Below, piece by piece: positions 19,470 through 27,593 of a stretch of DNA of 33,844 nt. The notes under the pieces were generated by a model. The model made no database searches, was not told the origin of the DNA, and was given only the letters and a program-made list of their open reading frames with translations. The stretch is from a virus (lineage: Duplodnaviria; Caudoviricetes), in IMG/VR virus record IMGVR_UViG_3300030330_002667, positions 1-33,844 of that record. One strand, given 5' to 3'. The translations under genes were made by a program, and so were the position numbers. The stretch's first letter is position 1. The number at the start of each line of letters is the position of its first letter.

Positions 19470-20190
19470 AAAGTTTCTTAAAACCTTCATCTACCTGTTT
19501 AACAAAATTCATATCACGTTTTGCTGGCGACCAATAACGCTCATCTCTCATCATTTCTTGAAGCTCAACCTCATTAAAATTAGAAGCAATACTACTTTGA
19601 TCAATAACACTTGGGTCTTTCAAAGAGTTCATAATAGTCTCCAAAGCTATAATACCTTCGTGACTTTCACACATACGCTCAATTGCTGGCATAGCTTCTT
19701 CTGGAAAAAAATCATTAGCAAACAAACTAGCTGCTTGTATTCTTGCTTCAGAATTATCTCCTAATTGCTTTGCTTCCATTTCAAGATCAGGTTCAGAAGG
19801 TAATGCAGACATATACATCTCAAGACCTTTTTGAAACTCTTCATGTGTATATCCGTTTTCATGGCAATGATTTGCCCATTGTTTTAACAAATCACTTTCA
19901 GGTGCTTGCTCTTCATCAATAAAATCAGGCAGTTCATATTCACCAGCAGTTGCTGGAACACCTTCAGATGCTTGCTCATTTAACTCTTCCATTAAACGAT
20001 TACGAACATCATCTTCTTTCTCACCAAGCTTTGATTCTAAAGCTTTGTAAGCTTTACCTAAATCAGCTGGGTCACTAAATTTTTCTGGCAACCATTCAGG
20101 CCGCTCAGATGTTTCTTCAGTAACACTATCAACAGTAGCTACCTCTTCATTAACTTCTTCAGTCTGTTCACTTACTTGATTTTCTTCCAT
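19462..20190 (-). CDS. Capsid scaffolding/assembly protein
   Basis: Very acidic; ERPEWLPEKF...KAYKALESKLG and MMRDERYW motifs; between portal and MCP. Confidence 0.9.
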   Translation of the reverse strand: MEENQVSEQTEEVNEEVATVDSVTEETSERPEWLPEKFSDPADLGKAYKALESKLGEKEDDVRNRLMEELNEQASEGVPATAGEYELPDFIDEEQAPESDLLKQWANHCHENGYTHEEFQKGLEMYMSALPSEPDLEMEAKQLGDNSEARIQAASLFANDFFPEEAMPAIERMCESHEGIIALETIMNSLKDPSVIDQSSIASNFNEVELQEMMRDERYWSPAKRDMNFVKQVDEGFKKLYG

Positions 20191-20446
20191 TGTTTTTCAC
20201 CTTATGTGCATGTGCCATACGATTTTCAATAAGACCAACAATATAACGCTGCCCTTCCATATGACGTAATTCTTCCGTTGTAACATTGGGACCATTTACC
20301 ATTTCAATAGTAATCGATCTAAGATATTTTAATACTGCTTGTCCAGTTGCAGAACCAAACAATGTACCTACATTTTGGCTTATCTCTCGATCTTTTTCTT
20401 GTGGACGCTGTATCCCATCAACTCCCACATTAATTTTTTGACTCAA
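20168..20446 (-). CDS. Small post-portal protein (Bbp19-like)
   Basis: LFGSATGQAVLKYL...EGQRYIV motif. Confidence 0.7.
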   Translation of the reverse strand: MSQKINVGVDGIQRPQEKDREISQNVGTLFGSATGQAVLKYLRSITIEMVNGPNVTTEELRHMEGQRYIVGLIENRMAHAHKVKNNGRKSSK

Positions 20447-20449
20447 GCA

Positions 20450-21988
20450 TTACTCCATAGGTTGTGGTGCTTGAGGCTGACTTTGCTGCATTTGCTGCAT
20501 TAATGCAAGAATTTGTTCTCTTTCTTCTGCATCTCTTACTAAATTATCAGGAACACCAAACTTCTTAGCTAAGTATGCAGCTGTTTCTTCAGAGTTAATT
20601 AATACCTGCATTAACTCAGGGCCAAATGCACCTTGTGCCATTTCAAGAAACCTAGAAACAGAAGTAATGTCTTGATTAGCTTGAGCTTGTGCAAGTGGAG
20701 ATACAGATCTAACTTTTACTTCTCTACCGTTTAAAGTAGGAACTTCAATGCGACCTTGCTTCTTTAAAATATAAATAACTCTTTGAAGAACAGGTTGAAC
20801 TAACTCTACTTGCAATCTACCAAATGCAGATCCAATACGTCTTGATAAATCAGCCATACGTTCTGCAACTTCAGTAGCAGATGCTGGTGTTCGATTAGGA
20901 TCACCAAGCATATCATTATACAAAGCACGTTTAATATTATTACGCATGTCGTTCAAAACAAGTTGAGCAACATCAAAACTACCAGCAGCATTAATTGGTT
21001 GCAATCCAGCTGACCCCATTGCTTTAGGAATAATAGTCCCTGGAACAAGATTGATTGTATCAGGGTTTACAACACCATCATCTTCCATTTGATAAATTCC
21101 AGAGATAGCCATCTGTGCATTCTCAAGTATTAATTCAACAGTAAGATTAGTTGTTTTGATTGCGCTTAGCGCATTAAAAAGTGGGCCTCTACCATAAACT
21201 TCACCAGCACATTTAGACCAGCGAAAACAAATAAATGGATTTGAACCAATACCATTCATCTCTCTTTTCATAATAAGAGACTTAGTTGTCATGCATATTG
21301 CATAATGAAAGTAAGCTTCTTCATTTTTCTTATCATAATTTTTACAAATTATTTCTAATACAGTTGTTGTTTGATCTGATTGATTATTAATCAAGCCTTG
21401 AAGATTATTATCAAATGTTCCTTTTGGATATAATAAAGGAAGCTGATCATATCTTATCTTTTTTCTTTCTCTAAATACATGATCAATAATATCATCAGGA
21501 CCAGTATCTAATATAACATGTGGTAAAGGAATAGCAGAGAAACGTATAGGATTTATAGCATCTCCTTCTTCACATACTAAGATACCAGTACCAACTGCTA
21601 AGTCCATAAATGACTCATGCACTTCTTGAGCAAAGTTTGAGTTTTGTATTATCTCAAAGACGTATTCAGTTACTTCTTCAAGATCATTGTTAATACCATC
21701 GCGTTGTGCTTTTGGAACTTCTGACCCAGCTGTAAAATCAGCCCATCTAGCAAAATTAGGAACAAGACCTGATTGTAATCTAGAAGCAAACTCTTGAACA
21801 CCAACTACAGCAGTCTCATCAAAAATCTTATCATCGCGTCTTTGACCAGATACCTCATAGTAAAATGACTCACGTTGAGGAAGAGCATACTCATAACATT
21901 CTTCGAAAACGTCAACAAAGTTTGTACGCTTTGCTTTTGCTTTTTCGTATCTCTTAAGATACTCTTTTGCTATAGGGTCTTCTATCAT
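20450..21988 (-). CDS. Portal (head-tail connector) protein
   Basis: 512 aa; FASRLQSGLVP, GEVYGRGP and ATEVAER motifs. Confidence 0.95.
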   Translation of the reverse strand: MIEDPIAKEYLKRYEKAKAKRTNFVDVFEECYEYALPQRESFYYEVSGQRRDDKIFDETAVVGVQEFASRLQSGLVPNFARWADFTAGSEVPKAQRDGINNDLEEVTEYVFEIIQNSNFAQEVHESFMDLAVGTGILVCEEGDAINPIRFSAIPLPHVILDTGPDDIIDHVFRERKKIRYDQLPLLYPKGTFDNNLQGLINNQSDQTTTVLEIICKNYDKKNEEAYFHYAICMTTKSLIMKREMNGIGSNPFICFRWSKCAGEVYGRGPLFNALSAIKTTNLTVELILENAQMAISGIYQMEDDGVVNPDTINLVPGTIIPKAMGSAGLQPINAAGSFDVAQLVLNDMRNNIKRALYNDMLGDPNRTPASATEVAERMADLSRRIGSAFGRLQVELVQPVLQRVIYILKKQGRIEVPTLNGREVKVRSVSPLAQAQANQDITSVSRFLEMAQGAFGPELMQVLINSEETAAYLAKKFGVPDNLVRDAEEREQILALMQQMQQSQPQAPQPME

Positions 21989-22326
21989 TATGAAAACCTA
22001 GTGTAATATCCAGCACCACTCCCAGAAGATGTTATTAAACTTCTTCTTGAGCCAGTGCCTGTTCCAATAGTAGACTGAGCAGATCTAAGACCAGTACCTG
22101 TCAATGAAGCTCCACCACCAACTAACTGACCTAATTCAGATTGGCGCATAGCTTGACCTTTTTGTTTAGCAGCTGCACTAAGTTGCTTTTGTCTTTCAGC
22201 TTCAAGCTGCTCTTGTCTTAATCTTTCTTTTTCAGCAGCAGCTGCTGCTTTAGCAGCTTCAGCAGCTTCTTGCTGTCTTTTTTGACTTTCAGTTATTTCT
22301 GGTTGTCTTTTACTTCTAAAGCACAT
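21988..22326 (-). CDS. Small pre-portal virion protein
   Basis: MCF start, Ala/Gln helix, GSRRSLIT tail typical of the gene before podoviral portals; RBS AAGGAG. Confidence 0.65.
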   Translation of the reverse strand: MCFRSKRQPEITESQKRQQEAAEAAKAAAAAEKERLRQEQLEAERQKQLSAAAKQKGQAMRQSELGQLVGGGASLTGTGLRSAQSTIGTGTGSRRSLITSSGSGAGYYTRFS

Positions 22327-22371
22327 GATAAACTCCTTTGTTTATGCAAAAACATTTTTATTTAATATTTG

Positions 22372-22381
22372 CAACGCACAA
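22372..22381 (-). promoter_or_regulatory. Putative late promoter motif TTGTGCGTTG (portal operon)
   Basis: Intergenic, right after the terL stop. Confidence 0.7.
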
Positions 22382-23905
22382 TTATAATCTAGCCCAAAGT
22401 CCCTGTCTTCTATTTCTTGATTGCTTTTTATTAAATACATCAAAGTTTCTATTAGCTACTATAGGTTTAGATGGCTTTTGGTTATTAAGTAAAGCCCTAC
22501 CTTCACCAGCACCTAACATCATATATTGTAATGCATCATGGATATGAGAGTACATATTTTTATCAGGCTTATCAGCATAACGTTCACCAGATACTTCCAT
22601 ACGTTTATACTGATAGCCGCCCTCAAAACCTTTAATAAGTTGTTGACACCTTCGATCAATTAAAAATGCTGGCTTGCCCTCGACCATCTTTGTTAGCTGG
22701 GAAGAGACAGCTTCCAATCGAAGATCTACAGAGTTCGAAGGGGCTGGGAATGCCCTCAAGCCAGCACCACGCAGAATGTGAAAGGGAGTTGATTCATCGG
22801 TCTGCGCTCTAAAGTCCCCAGCAGGATCGCCGTATATATACACCTCAGATGCTTGAGAAAATCGGGAGGAGATCTCCTCACGCAATACTTCAGCAAACCT
22901 AACAATCCCCATATCAAAGGCCACTATCTCCGACTGGACGAGCCAGCGACCCCTGATCTTTTGTCCAAGAGTAGCCGCTGGGGTAAGTCCAAAGTCCAAG
23001 CCAACATACAACGGTGCGCCAGCCGCGACCGCTATTTCTTCTTTGGCTATGTGTACTTCTTGTGCAAACATTGGATATATCGGCTTTCCATCTTGGATTG
23101 ATCCCAACCTATTCATAACATAGACATCAATCCAGCTTTTTGTTTTACCTCGAATTAAATTGTCATAATAGTTATCAAGCATATGCTTTTTGTTTTCAGC
23201 AGTTTTATTTGGCTTGTAATTAACTATCTCACCATCTTCATCACGCTCTTCGAGCATCCCAGATGGTTGTGTAAAGAACTCCCAGTTGTCAGGCTTAACT
23301 AACATCTTAGCTTGTTCTCTTGGAATATGATCAGGGATTGGTACTTCACCAGACATAATAGGCCACCAGTGATCTTCTTCTGGTGCGTTCGTATCTGCTA
23401 TAACACCACTCCAACTAGGCCCACCATCACGCATAGAAGGATAACGACCAACACGCATGGTACAAGCATCAATGATAGACTTTGGAATTTCTCTCGCTTC
23501 ATTAATCCATATCCCTGTTAATTCTAATGATAATAATTTCTTAACATCCTCTGGTCTATCTAAGGCTAAGAAGATAACCTCTAGTTCGACCTCACCTTTT
23601 TTGATGTTGTGGGTGTAGGGGACTGACCAAGTAAACTTTCCCCAGTCGTTTTCTGGGAACCAGTCAAGCCATGTTTTAATAGTTGTAGTTCGTAGCTGTG
23701 GGTTTGTGTTTCGTATAATAGCCCATCGTGATTTTCGTTTTCCGTCTGGTGCTTTCTTTTGTTCCAAAGCTCTACGAAATACTTCAACGCAACACCCCAC
23801 TGATTTGCCAGATCCTACTGGGCCTCGAATGCCACGAAAGAAAGTATTATCTTTCATAAAGCTTTTAAGAATGTCACCATCTGGTTTGTATTTAAAATTG
23901 ACCAC
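22382..23905 (-). CDS. terL: Terminase large subunit
   Basis: Walker A GPVGSGKS, Walker B-like GIWINEARE, nuclease motifs GLDFG, GDPAG and HDALQY. Confidence 0.97.
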   Translation of the reverse strand: MVNFKYKPDGDILKSFMKDNTFFRGIRGPVGSGKSVGCCVEVFRRALEQKKAPDGKRKSRWAIIRNTNPQLRTTTIKTWLDWFPENDWGKFTWSVPYTHNIKKGEVELEVIFLALDRPEDVKKLLSLELTGIWINEAREIPKSIIDACTMRVGRYPSMRDGGPSWSGVIADTNAPEEDHWWPIMSGEVPIPDHIPREQAKMLVKPDNWEFFTQPSGMLEERDEDGEIVNYKPNKTAENKKHMLDNYYDNLIRGKTKSWIDVYVMNRLGSIQDGKPIYPMFAQEVHIAKEEIAVAAGAPLYVGLDFGLTPAATLGQKIRGRWLVQSEIVAFDMGIVRFAEVLREEISSRFSQASEVYIYGDPAGDFRAQTDESTPFHILRGAGLRAFPAPSNSVDLRLEAVSSQLTKMVEGKPAFLIDRRCQQLIKGFEGGYQYKRMEVSGERYADKPDKNMYSHIHDALQYMMLGAGEGRALLNNQKPSKPIVANRNFDVFNKKQSRNRRQGLWARL

Positions 23906-24114
23906 TAGCGCAGCCCCTTATCAACCCCAGACCTAATCATCTTCTCGACTGCCTCTGGCCCAATGTTTTCTATCACATTGTCTAGCATTTTGTTTGTCAC
24001 AAAAGACTTACCATGTTTCTTATCAAAGTATTGAAAGTGTACCTTCTTAACAATCCTTCGAAGCATAGTAAGTTCTTCTGACTTTAAGGTATTTACAAAG
24101 CTCACTCTTCCCAA
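23905..24114 (-). CDS. Hypothetical protein
   Basis: 69-aa ORF coupled to the terL start. Confidence 0.65.
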   Translation of the reverse strand: MGRVSFVNTLKSEELTMLRRIVKKVHFQYFDKKHGKSFVTNKMLDNVIENIGPEAVEKMIRSGVDKGLR

Positions 24115-24320
24115 GCCTCATTAACATCAGGCGTAGAAGGATCGTCTGCTTTTAAAGTACCGTCTTTATTTCTAGCACGTTTCTTTTTCTTAGGTTGTTC
24201 ATTAGTCCACTCTAATCTTCGAGAGTCTAATGTTCTTGTTTTACCTGTGTATGTTTTACCAGCAAGTTCATGGGTTTCCCCATCATATAACTCTCCAGTG
24301 CTTGCAATCATCCAGCCCAT
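24102..24320 (-). CDS. Hypothetical protein
   Basis: C-terminal RARNKDG..KADDPSTPDVNEAW motif, recurrent in marine phages; RBS AGGAG. Confidence 0.7.
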   Translation of the reverse strand: MGWMIASTGELYDGETHELAGKTYTGKTRTLDSRRLEWTNEQPKKKKRARNKDGTLKADDPSTPDVNEAWEE

Positions 24321-24322
24321 AA

Positions 24323-24559
24323 TTAACTCCTATATTGTTTTACTTTCCTAGCAATCTTTTTCGGTTGAGCCACAAACTGCTTACCCTTAGCCTTACCCTT
24401 TCGTTTAGCTCTGGTTGTAGCTGCATATTCAGCATCACTAAGAGCAGCAATAGCCGCGCTAGGTAAGTACCGTTCACCTGTCTCACTAGACTTCTTCCCA
24501 GACTTGGTGCGCCACTTCTGCTTGCCCCAGTTTAGTAATGATCGTTGTGACTTCTTCAT
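24323..24559 (-). CDS. Basic protein, DUF5872-like C-terminal half
   Basis: SLLNWGKQKWRTKSG...GERYLP...GKQFV motif. Confidence 0.75.
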   Translation of the reverse strand: MKKSQRSLLNWGKQKWRTKSGKKSSETGERYLPSAAIAALSDAEYAATTRAKRKGKAKGKQFVAQPKKIARKVKQYRS

Positions 24560-24903
24560 TACATTTTTCTTATTAATCTAGGTTTAGAGCTATACTCCAT
24601 TGGCATTTTAATACTGCCTCCACCACCTCTGCCTTTTAACTTGCCAATTAAACTTCTTACATTTTTTAATTTGCTTATTAATTTTTTCTCTCTTCTTCTA
24701 GATTTTTCTTTTTCTTTATCACTAGGTGTGTCTCTTATAGGATGATCTTCTGTATTAAGTTCTTGAAAAAGTTGTTCTCTATCTATTTTATCAAGAATAT
24801 TTTCTCGCATATTTAATAAAGATTTAATGCTATGTTTTCTGCCAACTCTTGTAGGCCGACCTTGAGGTTTTTTATTACCTCTGTGAGTTTTTGTATGGGG
24901 CAT
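24559..24903 (-). CDS. Hypothetical basic protein (AT-rich)
   Basis: 114 aa, K/R-rich, TAATG-coupled on both sides. Confidence 0.7.
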   Translation of the reverse strand: MPHTKTHRGNKKPQGRPTRVGRKHSIKSLLNMRENILDKIDREQLFQELNTEDHPIRDTPSDKEKEKSRRREKKLISKLKNVRSLIGKLKGRGGGGSIKMPMEYSSKPRLIRKM

Positions 24904-25070
24904 TATTTATATCCTCCACCGCGCTTTTTATATTCTTTAGCAAGCAACTGCGCCTTTCGAGCAGACCACTGACCAGCAGCCGTACCATGTGTAGCCCTTG
25001 CTTTTATTCTACGAAACAAAGTCGCCCTCATCTTGGGCTTAGTGTAATTACCTGCTGCGTTTACTGCCAT
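24903..25070 (-). CDS. Basic protein, DUF5872-like N-terminal half (55 aa; not in ORF track)
   Basis: Manual translation MAVNAAGNYTKPKMRATLFRRIKARATHGTAAGQWSARKAQLLAKEYKKRGGGYK*; TAATG-coupled on both sides. Confidence 0.85.
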   Translation of the reverse strand: MAVNAAGNYTKPKMRATLFRRIKARATHGTAAGQWSARKAQLLAKEYKKRGGGYK

Positions 25071-25315
25071 TATGGAAACTTTCCTTCATCTGGATCTGGC
25101 ATATCAAAAAGCATTTGCTCTAACTTTTTCATTCTTTCTCGAAGACTTCTTTCTTCTTTAGACATGCTGCCAGAAAAACCTCTCTTATTTTTACCAGTTA
25201 TATTTCTCATAAACAAAGTTTTCTTAGATGCTTTTGGCCTAACACCCTCAGAGTTAAGCCCAAGCTTTTTATAAATGCTTTGAAGCTCTGCATTTATTTC
25301 TTTTCGACTAGCCAT
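25070..25315 (-). CDS. Hypothetical basic protein
   Basis: 81 aa, overlaps neighbours at both ends. Confidence 0.7.
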   Translation of the reverse strand: MASRKEINAELQSIYKKLGLNSEGVRPKASKKTLFMRNITGKNKRGFSGSMSKEERSLRERMKKLEQMLFDMPDPDEGKFP

Positions 25316-25448
25316 TCTTAGACTTAGCTTTCAGTATCTTTCTTTTCAAAGCTGGCGGCAATGTCTTCTGCTTTGCAGTTAACATGTTTTTCTTTTTCTT
25401 AGATGGTCTTCCAACTTGTGATCCGTATGTTCCTTTACCCATAGGCAT
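25308..25448 (-). CDS. Small basic protein (46 aa; not in ORF track)
   Basis: Manual translation MPMGKGTYGSQVGRPSKKKKNMLTAKQKTLPPALKRKILKAKSKNG*; TAATG coupling; fills the gap exactly. Confidence 0.8.
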   Translation of the reverse strand: MPMGKGTYGSQVGRPSKKKKNMLTAKQKTLPPALKRKILKAKSKNG

Positions 25449-25756
25449 TATGCTTTTCCTTTCTTAGCTTTGTTTCTTCGACTTATCGCTCTGGCCTTTG
25501 CCCTTGCGTCCGCTTTGCTTGAGGCTCCCCACGCTTTTAGGCTGAGAAGAAGACGCGTTGGTTTTCCCTTCTCGTCTCTTTCTGGCCCCCTTGCCGCTCC
25601 CATCCTTGCTAGGAAGCTTGCCCTTCGAGGGTTGTCTCCGCTCCTTACTGGTGGCTTTAGGTTTGACCCCTGCGCTCTTGCGCTTGCTCGACCCTTTGCG
25701 TTCAGTCCCCCCTTCGGGTTCTGCCCCTCTTTCCTCTGCCAAGCTGGAGTTCGCAT
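25448..25756 (-). CDS. Basic protein, DUF6321-like
   Basis: PAWQRKEGQNPKGGLNAKGRAS...RRASFLARM motif; RBS AGAGGT. Confidence 0.8.
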   Translation of the reverse strand: MRTPAWQRKEGQNPKGGLNAKGRASARAQGSNLKPPVRSGDNPRRASFLARMGAARGPERDEKGKPTRLLLSLKAWGASSKADARAKARAISRRNKAKKGKA

Positions 25757-25817
25757 TCCATAACCTCTTTATCCATCTAAACATAATCGACCCTTACAGT
25801 AAAAAAATATTATTTCA

Positions 25818-25826
25818 AACGCACAA
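25818..25826 (-). promoter_or_regulatory. Putative late promoter motif TTGTGCGTT (basic-protein/terL operon)
   Basis: Intergenic; 9-bp core identical to the other copies. Confidence 0.6.
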
Positions 25827-25942
25827 AATACCTTTTTGAAAAAAAATGATTGGGATAGACCTAGCAACGTTTCAAGCCGTTGAGTTTTGACCCACCCCCC
25901 TCTCGTATTGCTATGCACCTGCAAGGAACCTTCCAGCAAAAG

Positions 25943-26320
25943 CTACGTCAAGTCAATTGATATGTGTATGTCCCCAGCGACCTGTACTTGGGATCGATCG
26001 ATCGGTTTGAATCCAGCACGGTCAAGGATATCCTTAGACGCCTCTAGTTGGACATACTCACTTTTTGCTCCAACCGCTAGTCTCATTACCCTTGCAGCCG
26101 CAACCGTAGCATTCATACCCAATTGATCACTAACACACTGCATCATGTACTGTTGCACATGAGGTTGCTTTAGAGCCTTGCTAGCAGTGACTCTACCAGA
26201 CTCACCTTCTGCATAACCTGCTTCTTTAGCGGCCTCAGTGATAGAGCAACCTCTTGCTACGAGTGTATCAACCAGAGCAGTTTGTTTTGGTGTTAATCTC
26301 TTATTAATAAGTTCAGACAT
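25943..26320 (-). CDS. terS: Terminase small subunit
   Basis: LTPKQ...ITEAAKEAGY HTH and SEYVQLEASKDILDRAG motif; first gene of the late arm. Confidence 0.85.
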   Translation of the reverse strand: MSELINKRLTPKQTALVDTLVARGCSITEAAKEAGYAEGESGRVTASKALKQPHVQQYMMQCVSDQLGMNATVAAARVMRLAVGAKSEYVQLEASKDILDRAGFKPIDRSQVQVAGDIHISIDLT

Positions 26321-26384
26321 TGTGTACCTTCGTTAGCCCCCCTCTCCCTCTCTCCCCCCATTACGACACCAAAACATCATGCTC

Positions 26385-26451
26385 TGTCAAGTAATGACGT
26401 TACGTCACACTTGTAGTGACGTAGGGTCATTGCCGATTTAGGTGATTGACA
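26385..26451. promoter_or_regulatory. Divergent promoter region with two operators
   Basis: TTGACA on - (26385-26390) and on + (26446-26451), flanking TGACGTTACGTCA (26395-26407) and TGACGTAGGGTCA (26417-26429); -10 boxes not clearly identifiable. Confidence 0.65.
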
Positions 26452-26464
26452 CCTAACTCGCCAA

Positions 26465-26815
26465 GTGTCTGCACACTCTACACTCCCTAAGGAGTGCAGA
26501 CACGATGATCCCTTCGATGGGTCTATCCCATCTATATCTAGCTTGGGCGGCTCGATGGGGGGGCGACCTTGCTTGGGCAAGGCTCGCTTGTCCCATCGGC
26601 CACCGTAGTAAGCTATAGTGACAAGGGATAGACACACTCAGTGATCATATATCTATCTCTTACACACAATCTTATAATGGTAACTTCCAGTTGGGCTTAC
26701 GTATCAGATTAATGCAAGGACGATCCGTTCGTTACGTCATACAAGATGACGTTACGAGCCGTTCGCCAGCGCGGCTGGTCGTCAAGCGATCCTTGCATTA
26801 ATCAGATTCGTAGCC
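26465..26815. other. Multi-hairpin non-coding element (ncRNA/leader or origin candidate)
   Basis: Three long imperfect inverted repeats, including a perfect 14-bp stem 26707-26720/26790-26803. Confidence 0.6.
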
Positions 26816-26875
26816 AGTCCTATACTTGTACATGAAGAATGTATGTAAAACATAGACAAGATATAGGAGAATAAA

Positions 26876-27397
26876 ATGTCTAAGATAATAAATGCATTAA
26901 CTAAACTATCACTTGATACTGAAGTATACAACTCATATGAAGACAAGTGGGAACATAAAGACCAGATGGATTTCCCACGAAAGATACTGATCGAAGCCTT
27001 CTTGGATAAACTCTACTGGTTGACCAAAGGAAAGAACAGTAGCACTAGACCATCTGGTAGCGAAGCCTATGTAACTCAGCAAAAAGCTAGAGTGAAGTAC
27101 GCACAAGAAACGTACAGAGGTGATGAGATCTCAGAGATCAGGCTTCGCGGCGCGATAGCGAACTGTCAAGCAGCATCTGATAAGCACGAAGTGCTTTCGC
27201 AGATGCAGACACAGCTACACACCTTCTATCTAGAAACATACGGAGAAGATTACTTACCGTATGGTTCAGCCAAGGGTTCAAATGTACCCGTATCAGCTGA
27301 GTCAGACATACCGACTGACATCCAACAGCAGCTTGAAGCTCTGGGCATGGCTGAACCAGCTAACGAGCCTACGGAACAGAAGAAGAAGAAAGCTTGA
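26876..27397 (+). CDS. Hypothetical early protein
   Basis: 173 aa, RBS AGGAG, followed by a terminator. Confidence 0.85.
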   Translation: MSKIINALTKLSLDTEVYNSYEDKWEHKDQMDFPRKILIEAFLDKLYWLTKGKNSSTRPSGSEAYVTQQKARVKYAQETYRGDEISEIRLRGAIANCQAASDKHEVLSQMQTQLHTFYLETYGEDYLPYGSAKGSNVPVSAESDIPTDIQQQLEALGMAEPANEPTEQKKKKA

Positions 27398-27405
27398 TAA
27401 CTAAC

Positions 27406-27438
27406 AAGGGTAGAGTCACACGGCTCTACCCTTTTTTT
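27406..27438 (+). terminator. Intrinsic terminator
   Basis: AAGGGTAGAG...CTCTACCCTT stem running into T7. Confidence 0.9.
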
Positions 27439-27593
27439 ACGCTAGTAAAAATAGAGCGCCATGCTATTCCTCGCAAGCTCGGGCATGGTCGCAGTCGGAG
27501 ATTGCACCTTCGGTTGGGGGTGTTATGTGTGGGTTTTGCCCCTGACTTTCAGGGCAAAATCAAAAACTTGTAGATCAATAAAAGGAGAACGAA

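Noticed and set aside
25464-25839. Alternative-frame and antisense ORFs (106, 97, 93 aa) over the DUF6321-like gene
   Set aside because: Explained by locally high GC and few stop codons; only the 102-aa frame has an RBS, a family motif and coupling
26377-26637. ORFs of 86 and 60 aa in the control region
   Set aside because: No RBS or recognisable motif; they coincide with GC-rich inverted repeats
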